Assembly (NCBI GenBank): GCA_951406725.2
Contig: OX597819.1
Coordinates: 63,798,001 to 63,862,000 of the forward strand
DNA: 64,000 nt
Direction: 5' to 3'
DNA from: Octopus vulgaris
Lineage: Eukaryota
Each line of letters opens with the position of its first letter. Within the stretch, counting starts at the first letter, position 1. Made by a program: the position numbers and the translations under genes. The notes below the pieces were generated by a model. That model worked only from the letters and a program-made list of their open reading frames with translations, ran no database searches and had not been told where the DNA came from. This document shows positions 1 through 14,275 of this stretch, piece by piece.

Positions 1-1009
1 ACAAGACACAGTAACTGCTCTCGACAATGATACCAAGTGATGTGGTGTACCATTGACCTCAGAAGGTCAATGTAAATGTAAAAGTAAGAGAAATGATATA
101 ATACCAAACAGTGATAAATAGTAGATTTGTTAGAGAGTGTGGCAGAAACATCTGCGTCATATTATTCCATGCTGTTGCAACCTATGATGAAGCAACCCCT
201 TCAAGAGATGAAAGACAAAGAACGTCTGCGGATGCGAGTTTCGCATGTCGATTGGAATGCCAGACATAATGGGCGATTTTGCTGATGTCTAGTGGAACAA
301 TACTGCTTTGACACTGGGAACGGTAATATCGGCAAGCCCTCCTCTCTAGTTTGTTACATTTGTGATTAATACAAAAACCATAACTAATGGTAAATAAACT
401 ACAGTATGCTGGTCACAGAGTATCGAGGAAATCTACGTCTGGCATTTTTTAGTGTGATCAATATTAGAGTAGGTCTCCATTGGATCTTGTACTTTGAAAC
501 TCTACTGCTGGCCATAGAAACGTTAGAAGTGTGACTAGTAAAACGAGAGCGGAATGTTTTGGTTTGCTGTCGTTTCTTTGATGTGGGACATGTATCATAT
601 ATATTTCCAAATGTCAAACTATATCGCTGTTCAATAGGGGAGATTACAGATCTTTCTGTGAATAAAAATATATCCAGGGCGCAATAATTAAGTGCTATTC
701 AAACGATAATATTGTGATTGGTGGCTTTGTGTGATCGAAATCGAAGGAATATTTCTACACTAGGCATGGGCAGTTAGGACCGCAAAAACTGGGGAATTGA
801 AGCAGATACATTTGAAGGATAAGTATTGCGAATCGAGATGAAAAGTGACTACCAAGGCTGCTTTAAAGAGATAGTTTTTACAGAGCCCTCATCTTTTAGT
901 TAAGGAACGATAGAGGACAGTGCATTCAGATTCACGTTAGAAAATGTCACAGGTAGATTTCCTCGATGCTCCGTGACTATCATATTGGTATTAAGCACAA
1001 GTACAACAC

Positions 1010-1330
1010 ACTTGAAAGGAGTGCTTTGTCGATATTGTCGTACTCTATTCTTGACTGGTACTTGATTGTATCATACCCATTACTTGACTGGAACTTGAGT
1101 TTTATCATGCCCGAAACGATAAAAAGACAGTTAATCGGGGTGTGATGAGACCAGATCTTCTCCGAAGCTTCAACATCTCTTCTAGCTCTCTGACTAGGAA
1201 ATGGTGCCTAAAGTTTTAGAAGGCTGTGGATTCCTTTTAATCGACTTTAATAATTCACTGGTATTTTTCCTATTGATTACAAAAATTCTGCATGGTAAAG
1301 TCGACAATAGTTGGATTTGAAATCACAACA
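1010..1330 (-). mobile_element. Two degenerate SINE family A fragments
   Basis: Motifs ttgactggtacttga-tttatcatgcccgaaacgataaaa and tcactggtatt...ggtaaagtcgac...ggatttgaa match the better preserved copies at 6753-7003 and 19107-19338. Confidence 0.55.
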
Positions 1331-1574
1331 GAGAATTTAATTTCAGCATCGAGGCTCCCAGTAAAGGTAACTTACCTCAAAACTCCAATATATGTATAGC
1401 AACACATGGATTTGAGATATCAATAGTAGTCTTAGTAGTCTTAGTACTGTTGCATTACACGTAGTAATAATTTATATCCAATGTGACATTTGAAGACACC
1501 ATGTTGCAGTAATCTTGTTATATTAAATACCTAATTTAAGAATTCATATTTTATACATCATATACTATAATTAG

Positions 1575-1669
1575 CTATTTATGTACGACTACAATTCTCT
1601 TTCCAACTTTATCTTTTACTGTTTTACCTTTATGTGTGATACACACACACAGACACACACACACACACG

Positions 1670-1701
<32 letters not shown>

Positions 1702-1768
1702 TGTATGTATGTATGTATGTATGTATGTATGTATGTATGTATGTATGTATGTATGTATGCATGCATGC

Positions 1769-1818
<50 letters not shown>

Positions 1819-1920
1819 TTAATGTTTCTCACATTTATTTCGTCTTTTCTGTCTATTTTCTCCCTATTTCTCTTCCTCTCTCATTTACATTCAGCCTATG
1901 TTTCGTATGCCTCATATAAC

Positions 1921-1958
<38 letters not shown>

Positions 1959-2120
1959 TATATATACATATATATATATACACACACACACACATATATA
2001 TATATATGTATATATACACACAGGGAAACAAGGAGGAAAGAGAAAGAGAGTGACAATGGGAGAGAAGTATCTATGTGTGTGTGTGCTTATGTGTGTGTGT
2101 GTTTATGTGTGTGTGTGAAT
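1575..2120. repeat. Compound microsatellite (CA)n/(TATG)n/(TA)n/(TG)n
   Basis: Directly visible; it explains the overlapping YI/YVCM/HT ORFs. Confidence 0.95.
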
Positions 2121-2461
2121 GCATACGTATGAACACATAAACACATATGTTAGTGTGGATATGATATCAATAATGCTTGGCGTAATTCTACTAGTGCAAT
2201 ATTAATTATGTATATGACAATGCTTTTGATGTTGTAGTCTTCTCAATAGAAGGCGCCAGCAAGTCTGCCATTGGTCTTTGTAAAGAGACCCTATAAAATA
2301 CCACTGAGTGTGTCCTATTGGACCGTAAAATATCATAAGTTTCAAACAACCCCGACCCGTTTCCTATGCAACATAGAAGACAACATAGTTTAAAACAGTT
2401 TCGGTGAAATGTTAAAGTGTTATCGTTTAGTGTGTGCATACAAATAACCACGCACAGACGC

Positions 2462-2493
<32 letters not shown>

Positions 2494-2931
2494 ATGTGTG
2501 TGTGTGTGGTTGTGTGTGTGAGTGTGCGTGTTTGCATGTGTGCGAATATTTATACACGCACACATACACGTAGATGAATAAAATGTTCTAAGTGCCTCCC
2601 CATATTTCATTCATAAACATGCATTGCTTATACAGGACATGTTTTCAATATGCCGGACAAGAGAGTATGCACATTCATACAATGATATTGTTTGCCTCTG
2701 TTCATATATGAAAATATATTTCAATACAAAACTGCATAGTTACCAACACAAACACACAATTACACAAGCTCATACACATTAATATAGGCTGATGTGTCGG
2801 TGGAAGAATACACATATTTGTAAAGGTACACGCGCATGGAAATTACTGACGTACAATATAGCATACGTATATTCTTAGTCATTAACATTACTAATTACAA
2901 GGACGCACACACACACACACACACACACTCA

Positions 2932-2971
<40 letters not shown>

Positions 2972-3153
2972 CACTCACACACACACACGTCCGCATACTC
3001 ATATAGTCACACAGGGACAGAGACAGATACATATTTTCGCGTACAGTTTGCCTTCGTAGCCTGAAACACAAGCATCGATTATGCCAATGTATTTATACAT
3101 ACACACATACTTACATACATACATACATACATATATATCCATATATATGTATA

Positions 3154-3208
<55 letters not shown>

Positions 3209-4079
3209 GCATATATATGTCCAGACACACACATACGCACACACACACACATATATATATATAGTTAGATATTTGTGTATTCACATATATATACATATAT
3301 GTACATATATGTATGTAAATATATATATATATATATATGTATGTATATATAGAAAGAGAAACACACACATACACATACACACTCACACATATGTATATGC
3401 ATATTATCGAGACCTATGTACACATTTCTATATGAATACAAACACATATACTCATATATATAATTGATTAGCAGGCATTTACTTGCTTTTATTGGAAAAA
3501 AAAGAAATATAAAATAATCAAAGTCATAATTAAAAGCGTTAGTGAGAGATGATATGTGCATATGTGCTTGTTTATAAAGGTTACATATTAATAAGTATGG
3601 CCCATCATTATGATACAATACGTGATATAGCGGGCTCCAATTTAGCAATTATTTCAACTTCCAAGAGAATTTTAACAACGAAGAGCTGCATCTCATTTTT
3701 GGGACTTAACTAATATGTATTTATTAATAGCAATTTTTTCTTCGTTGTGTTATTCTACATATTGTCTATTTTCTTTAGTATGGTAGGTTTAATATTTTAT
3801 ATTGTCTAGTGTTTTAGTTTTGTAGTTGTTGTTTTTGTGTTATTGCATTTGCTATTAGATTGCTTGTAAAATGGAAAACGGCATGAGAAGTAAAAACAGA
3901 AATTACATTTTCAGATTTGATTGAGATAGGTGATGACAGAAAATATATGAAAACCAACTTCAATCTCCGTACTTTTCTCTTGCTTCCCACCAACACTCAC
4001 TTCTTGCTCATGTATATGTATGTATTTGTAACTCTTTAATTCCTATCTCGATATATATATGTCTGTGTCTGTGTGTGTG

Positions 4080-4119
<40 letters not shown>

Positions 4120-4317
4120 ATATATAATATATATGTATATATGTATATGCAAATATATATATATACATTTATATGTATAATTGTTTCTACATATAAACCT
4201 GTTTTATGTTGTAATAAAAAGTTTTACATTAAAAAGAGTTGTTCAATACTTCTGTTAGAAAACAAATTTAGTATTCTGTAATGGCTGTAACTTCGAAGTG
4301 TTGGCCAGTTAAGCATT

Positions 4318-4318
4318 T

Positions 4319-4353
<35 letters not shown>

Positions 4354-4430
4354 GTCTAACTATCTATCTCCCTATTTATCTATCACTATATCTTTCTATC
4401 TACCCATCTCCCAACCTCTCTCTCTATTTC

Positions 4431-4498
<68 letters not shown>

Positions 4499-4519
4499 CC
4501 TACCTACCTACCTACCTAC

Positions 4520-4574
<55 letters not shown>

Positions 4575-4690
4575 CCTAGCTAATTCTATATCTACCTATC
4601 TTTCTCGCTCTCTTTATATAGATATATCATTCTATCTGTTTATTTATCTACCTATCTATCAAACTATCTACCTATCTACTTATCTATATA
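4318..4690. repeat. (CT)n/(CTAT)n/(CTAC)n microsatellite
   Basis: Directly visible; similar (CTAT)n tracts at 9524-9605 and 39030-39165. Confidence 0.95.
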
Positions 4691-4789
4691 TGCAAAGGAT
4701 AAGTGAGATTTCCAAGGACACCCGTTTCCAGAGAATTAACTTCCAATTTATACTTAAATCCTTAATTTTCAGATATATAATGTCAACCA

Positions 4790-5320
4790 CTTTGTTGACT
4801 TATCAACTAAAAAAGCACACTGTAATGGTTGCCTTAGAAGTGCAAAATACTGACGCACAGGTCACTCTTGAAAACGTTGTCATATTTCAAATGGAGCCAG
4901 AAGTTGCTGAAAAGTATGAAAACATCAGCAACCAAATGGAAAACTCAAACAGAAACTTCAAATGCCGTTACAACGCATAACTTCGCCCCAAAATATCAAG
5001 AAATAATCAGTAAAATCACTTGAAACCATTTCAAAGGACCTCAAATCTTCAGAATTCTCCATGGGAAGAGTTTTGCATGAAGATATCCAGTGTTAATCGA
5101 GTAGGAGTTAGTTTTTATCGGATATGACAAGGGAAAGAGAGTAAATCTATGCAAAGCGTTTGCCGCAGAAGTGAAAATAGCAAGAGAGAGGAATGCTCTG
5201 TTTTTTTCTCTGATGAGGAACTTTTTGATTACAGCCAAAAGGTAAACCGAAAGACAAGTGGATATACAGAGAACCGAATGTGGTACCAACAGTCACGCAT
5301 AATAAGTTCCCAGCAAGTGT
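4790..5320 (+). mobile_element. Degenerate Tc1/mariner-superfamily transposase, N-terminal half (maT/DD37D-like)
   Basis: Broken frames give ...RVLHEDI...GMLCFFSDEELFDYSQKVNRK..KWIYREPNVVPTVTHNKFPA, resembling the FSDEK-F-Q--N--NDRW----VP-V-HTKFPA block around the first catalytic Asp. Confidence 0.75.
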
Positions 5321-5554
5321 TATGATACAATAACCTCACATTTTGTTACACAAAATTTAAAAGAAAATGCCGCTACTCACACAGCCGCCCCATTAAGTCT
5401 AGAACAACACAAGCGTGAACTCATGTCAGTCTCCAAGATCATACTTTCCCAAACACATAGCCTCTTATCTCACCAGATCTCCGGATTTGTTTCAATTTTC
5501 CTATGATTATCTTTTCAATTCACTCATTCTCACTGCACACACACACACACGCAC

Positions 5555-5599
<45 letters not shown>

Positions 5600-6752
5600 T
5601 GTCCTTATGTTTGTGTGCATGTGTGTGTGTGACGTTTCCAGTTATCATTATTGTCTTGCTCTTACGCGTTACATACTTTTTAATGATGATCATCTCATAG
5701 AGTACGTATATATATATATATAGAAAATAGTAAAAAGTGAAAAAACTACAGAAGGCTTGTTTTAAAAGGTTAAAAAATATATATTTGAGTCATTATGTCA
5801 GAAGAATGTTATAATTTTTTTTTCCATACAATGACATATGTGTGTGTATTTATATTATTTATGTTAGCATTTGAATTCATTTCGAGCATTTAATATCGGA
5901 AGTATTTCTAAGAGAAATGGTAATGCAATTGAGTTAATATTCAGTCATTTCTCTAAGAAGTGTCTTTATTAAACAATGCTTACTGAAATGAGTGGCAAAA
6001 GCATATTGGCTGTATCAGAGACTGATTTAATGAATGCTATTAAATGAAATGTTATAATCAGCAGATGTATATGAATAAATATTTAACGATTATCATTTGT
6101 TAGAATGCTTTATTATAGCACAACTCACAAACAAGGACAGTAACATTGCTTGATGAATCGCAATAGCATATCCAATAACGTCACTTATTTAAAAATCTCC
6201 TTATACACGCAATTGCGCTTAATTTATTTGAATTCACTTAAAATGATCTCCACGGCAACTTAAGTTTCTTTTTAAATTTCCAGAACGCGCGATAGGTACA
6301 GCTGGTATTAAATCTCCATTATAGAGTAAAACAGCTTTTAATTCCCGCAATGCTGCCTTCTCTGAAGTATCGCCATTCACTTATAGGATGCCTTCAAGTT
6401 AAACTTACGAAAATTCCATTAATATTATGACAATAACATTGAGCACCATTAATTTGAGATATATTAAATCCAAATTTCGCTTTCTATAATTTCGCAATAA
6501 TACTTGTTATTCAAGGGATTATCCTCTTTGGAAATGAGAGGCAAGAAGCGTTGCCTATGTTTTGAGCTGTCAAAGTATCTGACAAATACTTTAATTCGCC
6601 AAGATAATTAGACGTAGAAATTCCATCTCCTCTGTTTTGTTTTCAATACCTGAATGATGTCCAAATTCAAAATCAGTAATTTCAATATTACCAATGCTAA
6701 TTCAACGTAGTGTATATACTATTTCTTATATTTTGAAAGAAATTCCTATAAT

Positions 6753-7003
6753 CCTCTCTGTTAGAGGCACAAGGCCTGAATATTTTTTTTTTGGTGGGCG
6801 GGTAGTCGATTTAACTTACCTCATTGTTTCATTGGTACTTAATTTATGCTCCCTGTGTTTCACTGGTACTAAATTTATCGATCCCGAAAGAATGAAAGGC
6901 AAAAACTATCTCGGCGGAATTAGAACTCAGAACTTTGCGGCAGATGAAATACTGCTAAGCATTTCATCCAGCGTGCTAACGGTACTGCCAGCTCACTGCA
7001 CTT
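6753..7003 (-). mobile_element. tRNA-derived SINE family A with 14-bp target-site duplication
   Basis: Minus-strand head gcagtgagctggcagtaccgttagcacgc...gagttctaattccgccgag; flanked by the exact direct repeat gaaattcctataat at 6739-6752 and 7004-7017. Confidence 0.85.
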
Positions 7004-7937
7004 GAAATTCCTATAATAGTATCAATGAAAGCATAATTATCTGTAATGTTTCCAATTCACTATATTTGGGATTTTTGTCCTCAAGAAATCAAACTTTCAT
7101 TAGTCTCACATGGCACGTTTTGGTTTATCTTTGACCGACAAATACTTAATTGTTGACCGACAAATGCAGGGTATCTTGAGCTACCTTCCAATATGTCGCG
7201 ACTGTGGTATATTCGTAAAGCTATGGGCAAGACAAAAATTGCGTGGATATTTTAAATGTTTCAAGCATGATTATAGTTGGGCTTGAAACATGCTATTAGT
7301 TTCTGTCTGAGAGAAAAACGATAAGCTCTAAATATAACAGAGTAAATGAATACTGAAATTAATACATGTTTGAATATATTTAATGAAATTAATGCGTGCA
7401 TGAATATATGTAATGAAATTATAATAAATCAAAATTTATTCATAATATGGTGGACAACAAGCATAAATAATACCAATGAATCAGAAATGGTGGTATGGTA
7501 AAATATAAAACAAGACAAACATTTTAAAACATCTGGTCAAAACATTTGAAATTAATGTTAATTAGTCCTTGGTAAGACTAGGTTGCTGATCTTCACTATT
7601 AAGAGTATAGTTAAATAAATAAAGGAAAAATGTCTCCCAATTTCCGTGGGAAATGACACTTGAGGGAGAAAATTAGTTAAGGGTGGAGCAAAGGTGTGTG
7701 GGAAAATATTATTGGGATTGCACGAATAAATAAATTAGCATTTTCATAATAGAATTTTTAAAATGTGTTTTATGGAGAAAAATATAAGGAATAAACTGGA
7801 AAAAATATAAGGTAAAAAAGTAATGAGTTAAAGGTGAGTTATCAATTCTAAACAATATTCAAAGAGGATATAAGAACATTTACATTAGCAATGCAGACAT
7901 CACTTTATATGTATGTATAAAAATATATATATATATA

Positions 7938-8222
7938 TCACCGTGAGCGACCAGGCTAACAGATGTTGCTACACATCGTTGGTCACAATGCACTTCGCAT
8001 TGTTTTACCCTTCAAATAACGCCACCCCACTGGCTAAGCGAGAAGCAAACAGAAGAAAGTGTGAGGGAAAGTTGTGGCGAAAGAGTACAGCAGGGATCGC
8101 CACCATCCCTTGCCGGAGCCTCCTGAAGCTTCAGGTGTTTTCGCTCAATAAACACTTACAATGCCCGGACTGCAATCGAAACCGCGAGTCTGCGGCCCTA
8201 ACTACTCGGCCTTTGCGCCTCC
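7938..8222 (-). mobile_element. tRNA-derived SINE family B
   Basis: Minus-strand head ggcgcaaaggccgagtagttagggccgcagactcgcggtttcgattgc (A/B boxes); body shared with 26812-27100 and 31845-32037. Confidence 0.8.
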
Positions 8223-8309
8223 AAATATGTATATGGCGTGGAGATCTGTATATTTCGAGAGTTACACGTACCCTAGCGTGGAAGTATGTACCTGCGCAAA
8301 TGTACACAT

Positions 8310-8592
8310 AGCTCTTCAATATCCTCCCGAAGAACCTGAGAGACCTGCATGGGGTGGATACAGATGTCTTTAAAATGAAGCTGGATCCCTTCCTGTCAGG
8401 TGTCCCAGATGAACCAACTTCACGGCAGGAGGGGCAGATGAGGGCAGCTGCATCGAACTCTCTCATGCACCAAATAGCAGTTGCTAGAAAGCCTCCATGA
8501 AGTGAAACCAAGTAGCAACACCAAATGGCGGTGCCCCAGCATGGCCACAGCTCATAAGCTGAAACTAGAATCAATCAATCAATCAATCAATC
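8310..8592 (+). mobile_element. 3' end of CR1-like LINE with (AATC)n tail
   Basis: Translates LFNILPKNLRDLHGVDTDVFKMKLDPFLSGVPDEP...AAASNSLMHQ, followed by a 3' UTR and an (aatc)n tail; UTR shared with 20440-20556 and 54105-54150. Confidence 0.8.
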
Positions 8593-8829
8593 ATATTCGT
8601 GCACACGTGTGTATATACGTATATGGGCATATATGTGCATGTGAGTATGTCTATGTGTGTGCGTGTAGTTGTGTGTGTGTGTATATATGTTTGTATGGAT
8701 GCGTGTATATATATATATATATGTGTGTATATATATGTGTGTATGTATATGTATGTATGTATGTGTGTATTTATATATATATATATATGTGTGTATATAT
8801 ATGTGTGTATGTATATGTATGTATGTGTG

Positions 8830-8883
<54 letters not shown>

Positions 8884-9178
8884 GTACCTCTTTGTTCGAG
8901 TGCATAAGGATACGTATGCACGTGTGTGTATACATGTGAATGTGTGTACAAGTTTCTGTGCATGTGGGGGCATATATGTATTTGTGTATGTTTATAAATC
9001 TGGGTGTGTTTATATATGTACTTATGTGCACTCGTACTCGTGTGTGGACGTATGTATGTATGCATATGAAAACAGGTGTGTATACACATGAACTTTGGTG
9101 AAATTGTACGGACGCATACATATCGGTATATACATGTGTTGGTTTGTGTATGGGTATCATTAGATATGTGTACATATG

Positions 9179-9245
<67 letters not shown>

Positions 9246-9369
9246 ATATACATAGCGTTACACTTACTTATGTATTTGTGTATGTACGTGTGTGTGCGCA
9301 TGTGCGTATGTACGAGGCCCATGTATGTAGGTGCATGCACGCTTTTCCATGTGTGTATATATGTATATA

Positions 9370-9411
<42 letters not shown>

Positions 9412-9416
<5 letters not shown>

Positions 9417-9515
9417 TTGCTACCCGGGTAGCAAATTTACGTCAGAAAGCACGGTTGAAGCTACATGCCAAGGGCAGAAATCAAGTGCTTTCGTGTGGAA
9501 ATTGGTGTGTTTTTT
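9412..9515 (+). mobile_element. Short PLE-like terminal fragment (family 3) starting with a perfect 28-bp palindrome
   Basis: taaatttgctacccgggtagcaaattta at 9412-9439, then sequence homologous to 43370-43465; sits between (TA)n and (CTAT)n. Confidence 0.6.
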
Positions 9516-9521
9516 TACTTT

Positions 9522-9659
<138 letters not shown>

Positions 9660-9704
9660 GTTTGTGTATGTGTGCGTGTACGTGTATATGTATATATGTG
9701 TACG

Positions 9705-10575
9705 TTGATTGATAATAATACCGTTCCAGACGCTTTTATATGCGACACTAGATAAGTTTATAGACACACACCATACAGCTTAGAATGACCATTCGTCCAC
9801 TACCATACCACTCCCCAGATAATTAAGATTTAATTTACAAGACTCACCAAAACATCAATCCTAATCCATCATCTCTAACCGCCATGTATTTTTCTGTATC
9901 TCTTTATTCTTATCTCACTTTATCTTTATGCCCACTTTTTTATTTTTTCACCTTTATCCTTTTATATTTCGACTTTATTTATTTCGCTTCTTTATCTTTA
10001 TTTTTATTTCCGTTATTTTTTACTTTGCATTTTACTCCTTACCCTTTAGGTCTTGTACCTTCTACACTGTCACAATACATTTCTAGAATTTATGACAATA
10101 TACATGACATCCTTTGTATCTTTATATACTTATTTATTTACATATTTACTCTTTTACTACATTTTGCACTTACTATTATCCTGTATAATCATGTTTAAAT
10201 TTATACATATACTTTTCCTCTTTATGATCCCAACTTTATTAAAGATTCACCCTCTTCCAACTCTTTCTCTCAACATCCAAACCCCTCATTCTTTATCGAG
10301 TGAAAAACAGTATGGACGTTTTGTTTTGGTGTCTCGCTGTGCCATATACGACTATGAGGATTTACCTTCCCAATGAAACTCGTTTTTTTCCCAAACTTTT
10401 TCTCAAACCTGCTATAATGTAATATATGTCTTTGGTGTGGTAATTGTACGCGGCTGAAGAAGGCTGTTGACCTACATGTTATATCAATTATGCATTGATA
10501 TAAATTATTCAATAAAGCCAGAAACATATGTACCGCAAAATCCTTTGCATCCTGTTTTGCTTTTGATAATATATC
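9705..10575 (+). mobile_element. Penelope-like element 3' end / pseudo-LTR (family 1)
   Basis: Starts with IIPFQTLLYATLDKFIDTHHTA*N (resembles a GIY-YIG C-terminus), then a T-rich UTR; 10290-10570 is homologous to 25620-26240 and carries an HHR motif. Confidence 0.65.
10450..10536 (+). ncRNA. Type I hammerhead ribozyme motif with extended stem II (family 1)
   Basis: GCGG-CUGAAGA-aGGCU...AUAUCAAU uaugc AUUGAUAU...AGCCa-GAAA-CAUAUG-UA-CCGC. The G10.1-C11.1 pair is lost (A/A), so this copy may be inactive. Confidence 0.7.
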
Positions 10576-10649
10576 CTATCACCTACACCACTAGCTGGCA
10601 TATACAGGTGCTTACAGTTATCAAGTATTCACCCTGAATTTTTTGTACC

Positions 10650-10686
<37 letters not shown>

Positions 10687-10929
10687 GTGCATTTATGTAT
10701 GTTATGCTATGTATGTTTGTAGCATACATTTATTTTCGTAAATGCACAACCACTTTCTAGTGTGTGAGTACATAAGTTCTGTACTTTTCACACCCATGAA
10801 TTTTGCCAGTGGTTTAAATTCTCTACGTTTTTGAGTGATGAAAGCAACTTTCTCTAGGCCAATATTAATTTTTCTCTTAATTTGACAGAAAAAAAAGAAT
10901 TTAGAGAGGAAGAAAGAAGTCGAATGTGT

Positions 10930-11070
10930 CAACTATTTCACTTACCTTGCAGTTAGCCTGTCCATTCCCAAAGGGCATAAGGCAAATCTAACATCGTCGT
11001 AATTTGGACTTCGAAATATCGCATAGTATCTCGTTCGATGTGCCAACGAGTTTGCTACCTCGCCACCTTG
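10930..11070 (-). mobile_element. Degenerate SINE family A fragment
   Basis: aaggcaaatctaacatcgtcgtaatttggacttc...tgccaacgagtttgctacctcgcc matches the family A head in reverse. Confidence 0.55.
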
Positions 11071-11863
11071 GTCCATAGTGAAATAAATGCGAAAGCATCA
11101 AATATGCATTTTTAAAAATCATTAATTTCGTGAAATATTTTGTGATGCACTATTCACCATAAATAATCACCCTAAACAAAATGAAAAACATGTTTACACT
11201 TTTCCTGAAATGTTTCGTTCCGTTCGTTATTCTACCATCAGAATCGAAATATTATAGTCGTATTGTCTTATATACAAAAGTGCATATCATAAACTATTAT
11301 AAAAAAATGACCCGTCTTGATTTTGTTTATGGTTTAGATTAATCAAGATTTCCCTGCGACTGAAATAAAGTAAAATCTTCCCATGAGAAACTTAATCGTA
11401 TTATCATCTATAAGCAATATCAGTGATACAACAGGAGTGTTGAAGCAATAAAGTATTAGCTGAATATTCTTATCACCTCTATCATGAACATGTGATATAA
11501 TGAAAAGTAAACGAGTATTAAACATGAAGAAATAATGATAAATGAGCTACAATTAATAATTCCGTCCCACGTTGATACATTATATAATTAATTTAATATT
11601 GATGTTATTAAAATTAATGATATTTGATGAAACTTTGCATTACTATACATAGATTAGTATACGAGTATATGTCAGTGTTTAATTCCGTTTTTGGTATGGT
11701 GAACTATGTAAAGTACTCCATCAAGCAAGACATAAATATTTCATAAACGCGTGATTTAATATTAGAGTATTAGTATAAGTTTTATGCTTGCACATTACAT
11801 CAACGTGAGTATATATATGTATGTATGCATATATATACATACATACACACACACACATACACA

Positions 11864-11966
<103 letters not shown>

Positions 11967-12919
11967 CTACATATATACGCTTATCTCTCTACCCTGCTGA
12001 AGGAGGCGATTTGGAATTTAACAATGATTGTTTCCTTCCATTCCCGGCTGCAAAAGTTTTGATCAACTACGTTTGCCAAAATTAAGATAACTCTGAGCCC
12101 TCAGAAACAGCTGTCGAAATAGTAACGCCTTCTTTCCTCTAACGCTTTGAGTTTATGCAATCTGAGTAAGTCTGCTCGCTTCTGTATATGTGTATATGTG
12201 TGTATTCGTGTGCCTATGTGTGAGAGTGTGTGTTTATGTGTGCGTGCGCACGCATATTATATGTATATGTCTATATATATATATATACGTGCTTGGAAAC
12301 TTTCAGTCTATCTCTTTTTACATGCATATATGTTTTGTACATTAAAGACCAAGGTTTAAACTGTTCATTGGAATAATTCTCTCGGTCCTTCTTTCTCTGT
12401 CTCTGTCTTCCCCTCCCTCTTTCCCTCTCTCTCATCATATATATATATGTGTGTGTGTGTGTGTGCGTGTCTTTGCGCGCGTATGAATATCTCTATTTTC
12501 ATACGAGTTCTTAAAGAATGTGCTCTGACTAGTAACTTCAAATAAGCTTTGAAAACATTCTGTTTAACGGATAGTTATTTTCTTCAGACAGACTTCCTCT
12601 TTTCATACTTTCATTTTTTCCATGTTTTAAAATTCAATTTTCTGTATTTCCTTTATTAAAAAAAATTATCTAATATGTTTTGTTCTTGTGGTGGATTCTA
12701 AATTTTTTCCTCTTTTTTGTAGACTCAAGAGAGCTGGAAATGCCTGGAAACATGGATGCAACGTATTTACAATTCTTTTTAAATAAATAGTATTACATAC
12801 AAATCCTATAATAGATTCTGCATGGTAATTCAATATCTACATAGTACTTCTGGTGCATGCAATATAAAGTGCTCGTGTCTCTTTCATAGCTTTGTTAAAT
12901 AGGTGTCTGTTTGTGTGTC

Positions 12920-12922
12920 TTG

Positions 12923-12959
<37 letters not shown>

Positions 12960-12961
12960 TG

Positions 12962-13036
<75 letters not shown>

Positions 13037-13068
13037 TACATATATATATATATATTTATGCATACATA

Positions 13069-13112
<44 letters not shown>

Positions 13113-13216
13113 TACATATATATATATATATTTATGCATACATATATGTGTACATATATATATATATATATAAATATATTCATACATATATATATATATA
13201 TATTTATTCATACATA

Positions 13217-13271
<55 letters not shown>

Positions 13272-13295
13272 AGAGAGAGAGAGAGAGAGAGAGAA
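12920..13295. repeat. (TA)n array with higher-order ~75-bp units
   Basis: The unit ttcatacata(ta)n tttatgcatacatatatgtgtaca(ta)n recurs three times. Confidence 0.85.
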
Positions 13296-14237
13296 TGTTT
13301 AAGAATAATATCTAAACTTACATACATGTGTGTATGTGTGTTTGAGTGTGTGTGTGCGTGCGTGTGCGCGTGTTTTTCTATGCAAGCATATCGATATATA
13401 ATTCCGAAATCCAGAGAAACAAGTGTAGGAATTTTTTAAGCTTCAAGTAGTCCGTGGCAAGCATAGATAACCAAAAGTGGACAGTGTATCATAAAGAGGA
13501 ATAATGATTTATTAGCATCGAACACTACACTCTTTTTTCCCATATGAATTGAAGGAGGAAATTAGATAAGATGATAGTTTCTGCATAGCTCAGGTTAGCA
13601 GCAAGAATTATTACAAATACAAAAAAAAATCCAGATTGCGGAATGGAACGTGCAAAAGGCAAACAGATTATGTATCCTCACCTAGATGATCCTGTGATGT
13701 AATGGCTAATCAACAAGGGTTGCTCGACTTAGCTAATCATCAGACCGAGATTACCTTAAATGAAGCTTAGAGTTGTAAATATAGCTAGAATTGTAAATGT
13801 AGCTTAGAATTTCCAGGTTAACACACCGAAGGGAATGGCGAAGACAGAATTACAGAGTTATAAAAAAAAAACGAACATTCGAAGAAATACAAAGATTAAG
13901 AAGTACGCAAGGGAGAGATGGTGGTCAAATATGTTACAGTAGAAGTTCAGCCCCTCATATTTGCTCTGATGCTTCCCTTTTATACACCTGCTAAAAATTG
14001 TACCTGATAATGGTGTATTCTTACTATAATGTGATCTCTTATGAATACATTAACATACAAGCATTCTACTGATAATAATGGGTGGATGTAAACACATGAA
14101 CAAAATTAGAACAAAAGCAACAACAACAAAAACAAAATACAAATTACAAGAATGTATATAACCAGAAGATCAAATATCTTCACACAACACCCCTCCACAC
14201 ACACACAGATACACACACAAAGATACACACACACACA

Positions 14238-14274
<37 letters not shown>

Positions 14275-14275
<1 letters not shown>

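Noticed and set aside
399-617. 72-aa ORF and adjacent complex sequence at 130-620
   Set aside because: No motif I can assign; it may be an old TE, but this is unsupported.
12700-12770. Strong splice-acceptor-like sites (also 18205-18218, 20345-20361, 29345-29358)
   Set aside because: Polypyrimidine-AG is common in AT-rich DNA; there are no convincing donors or consistent reading frames.
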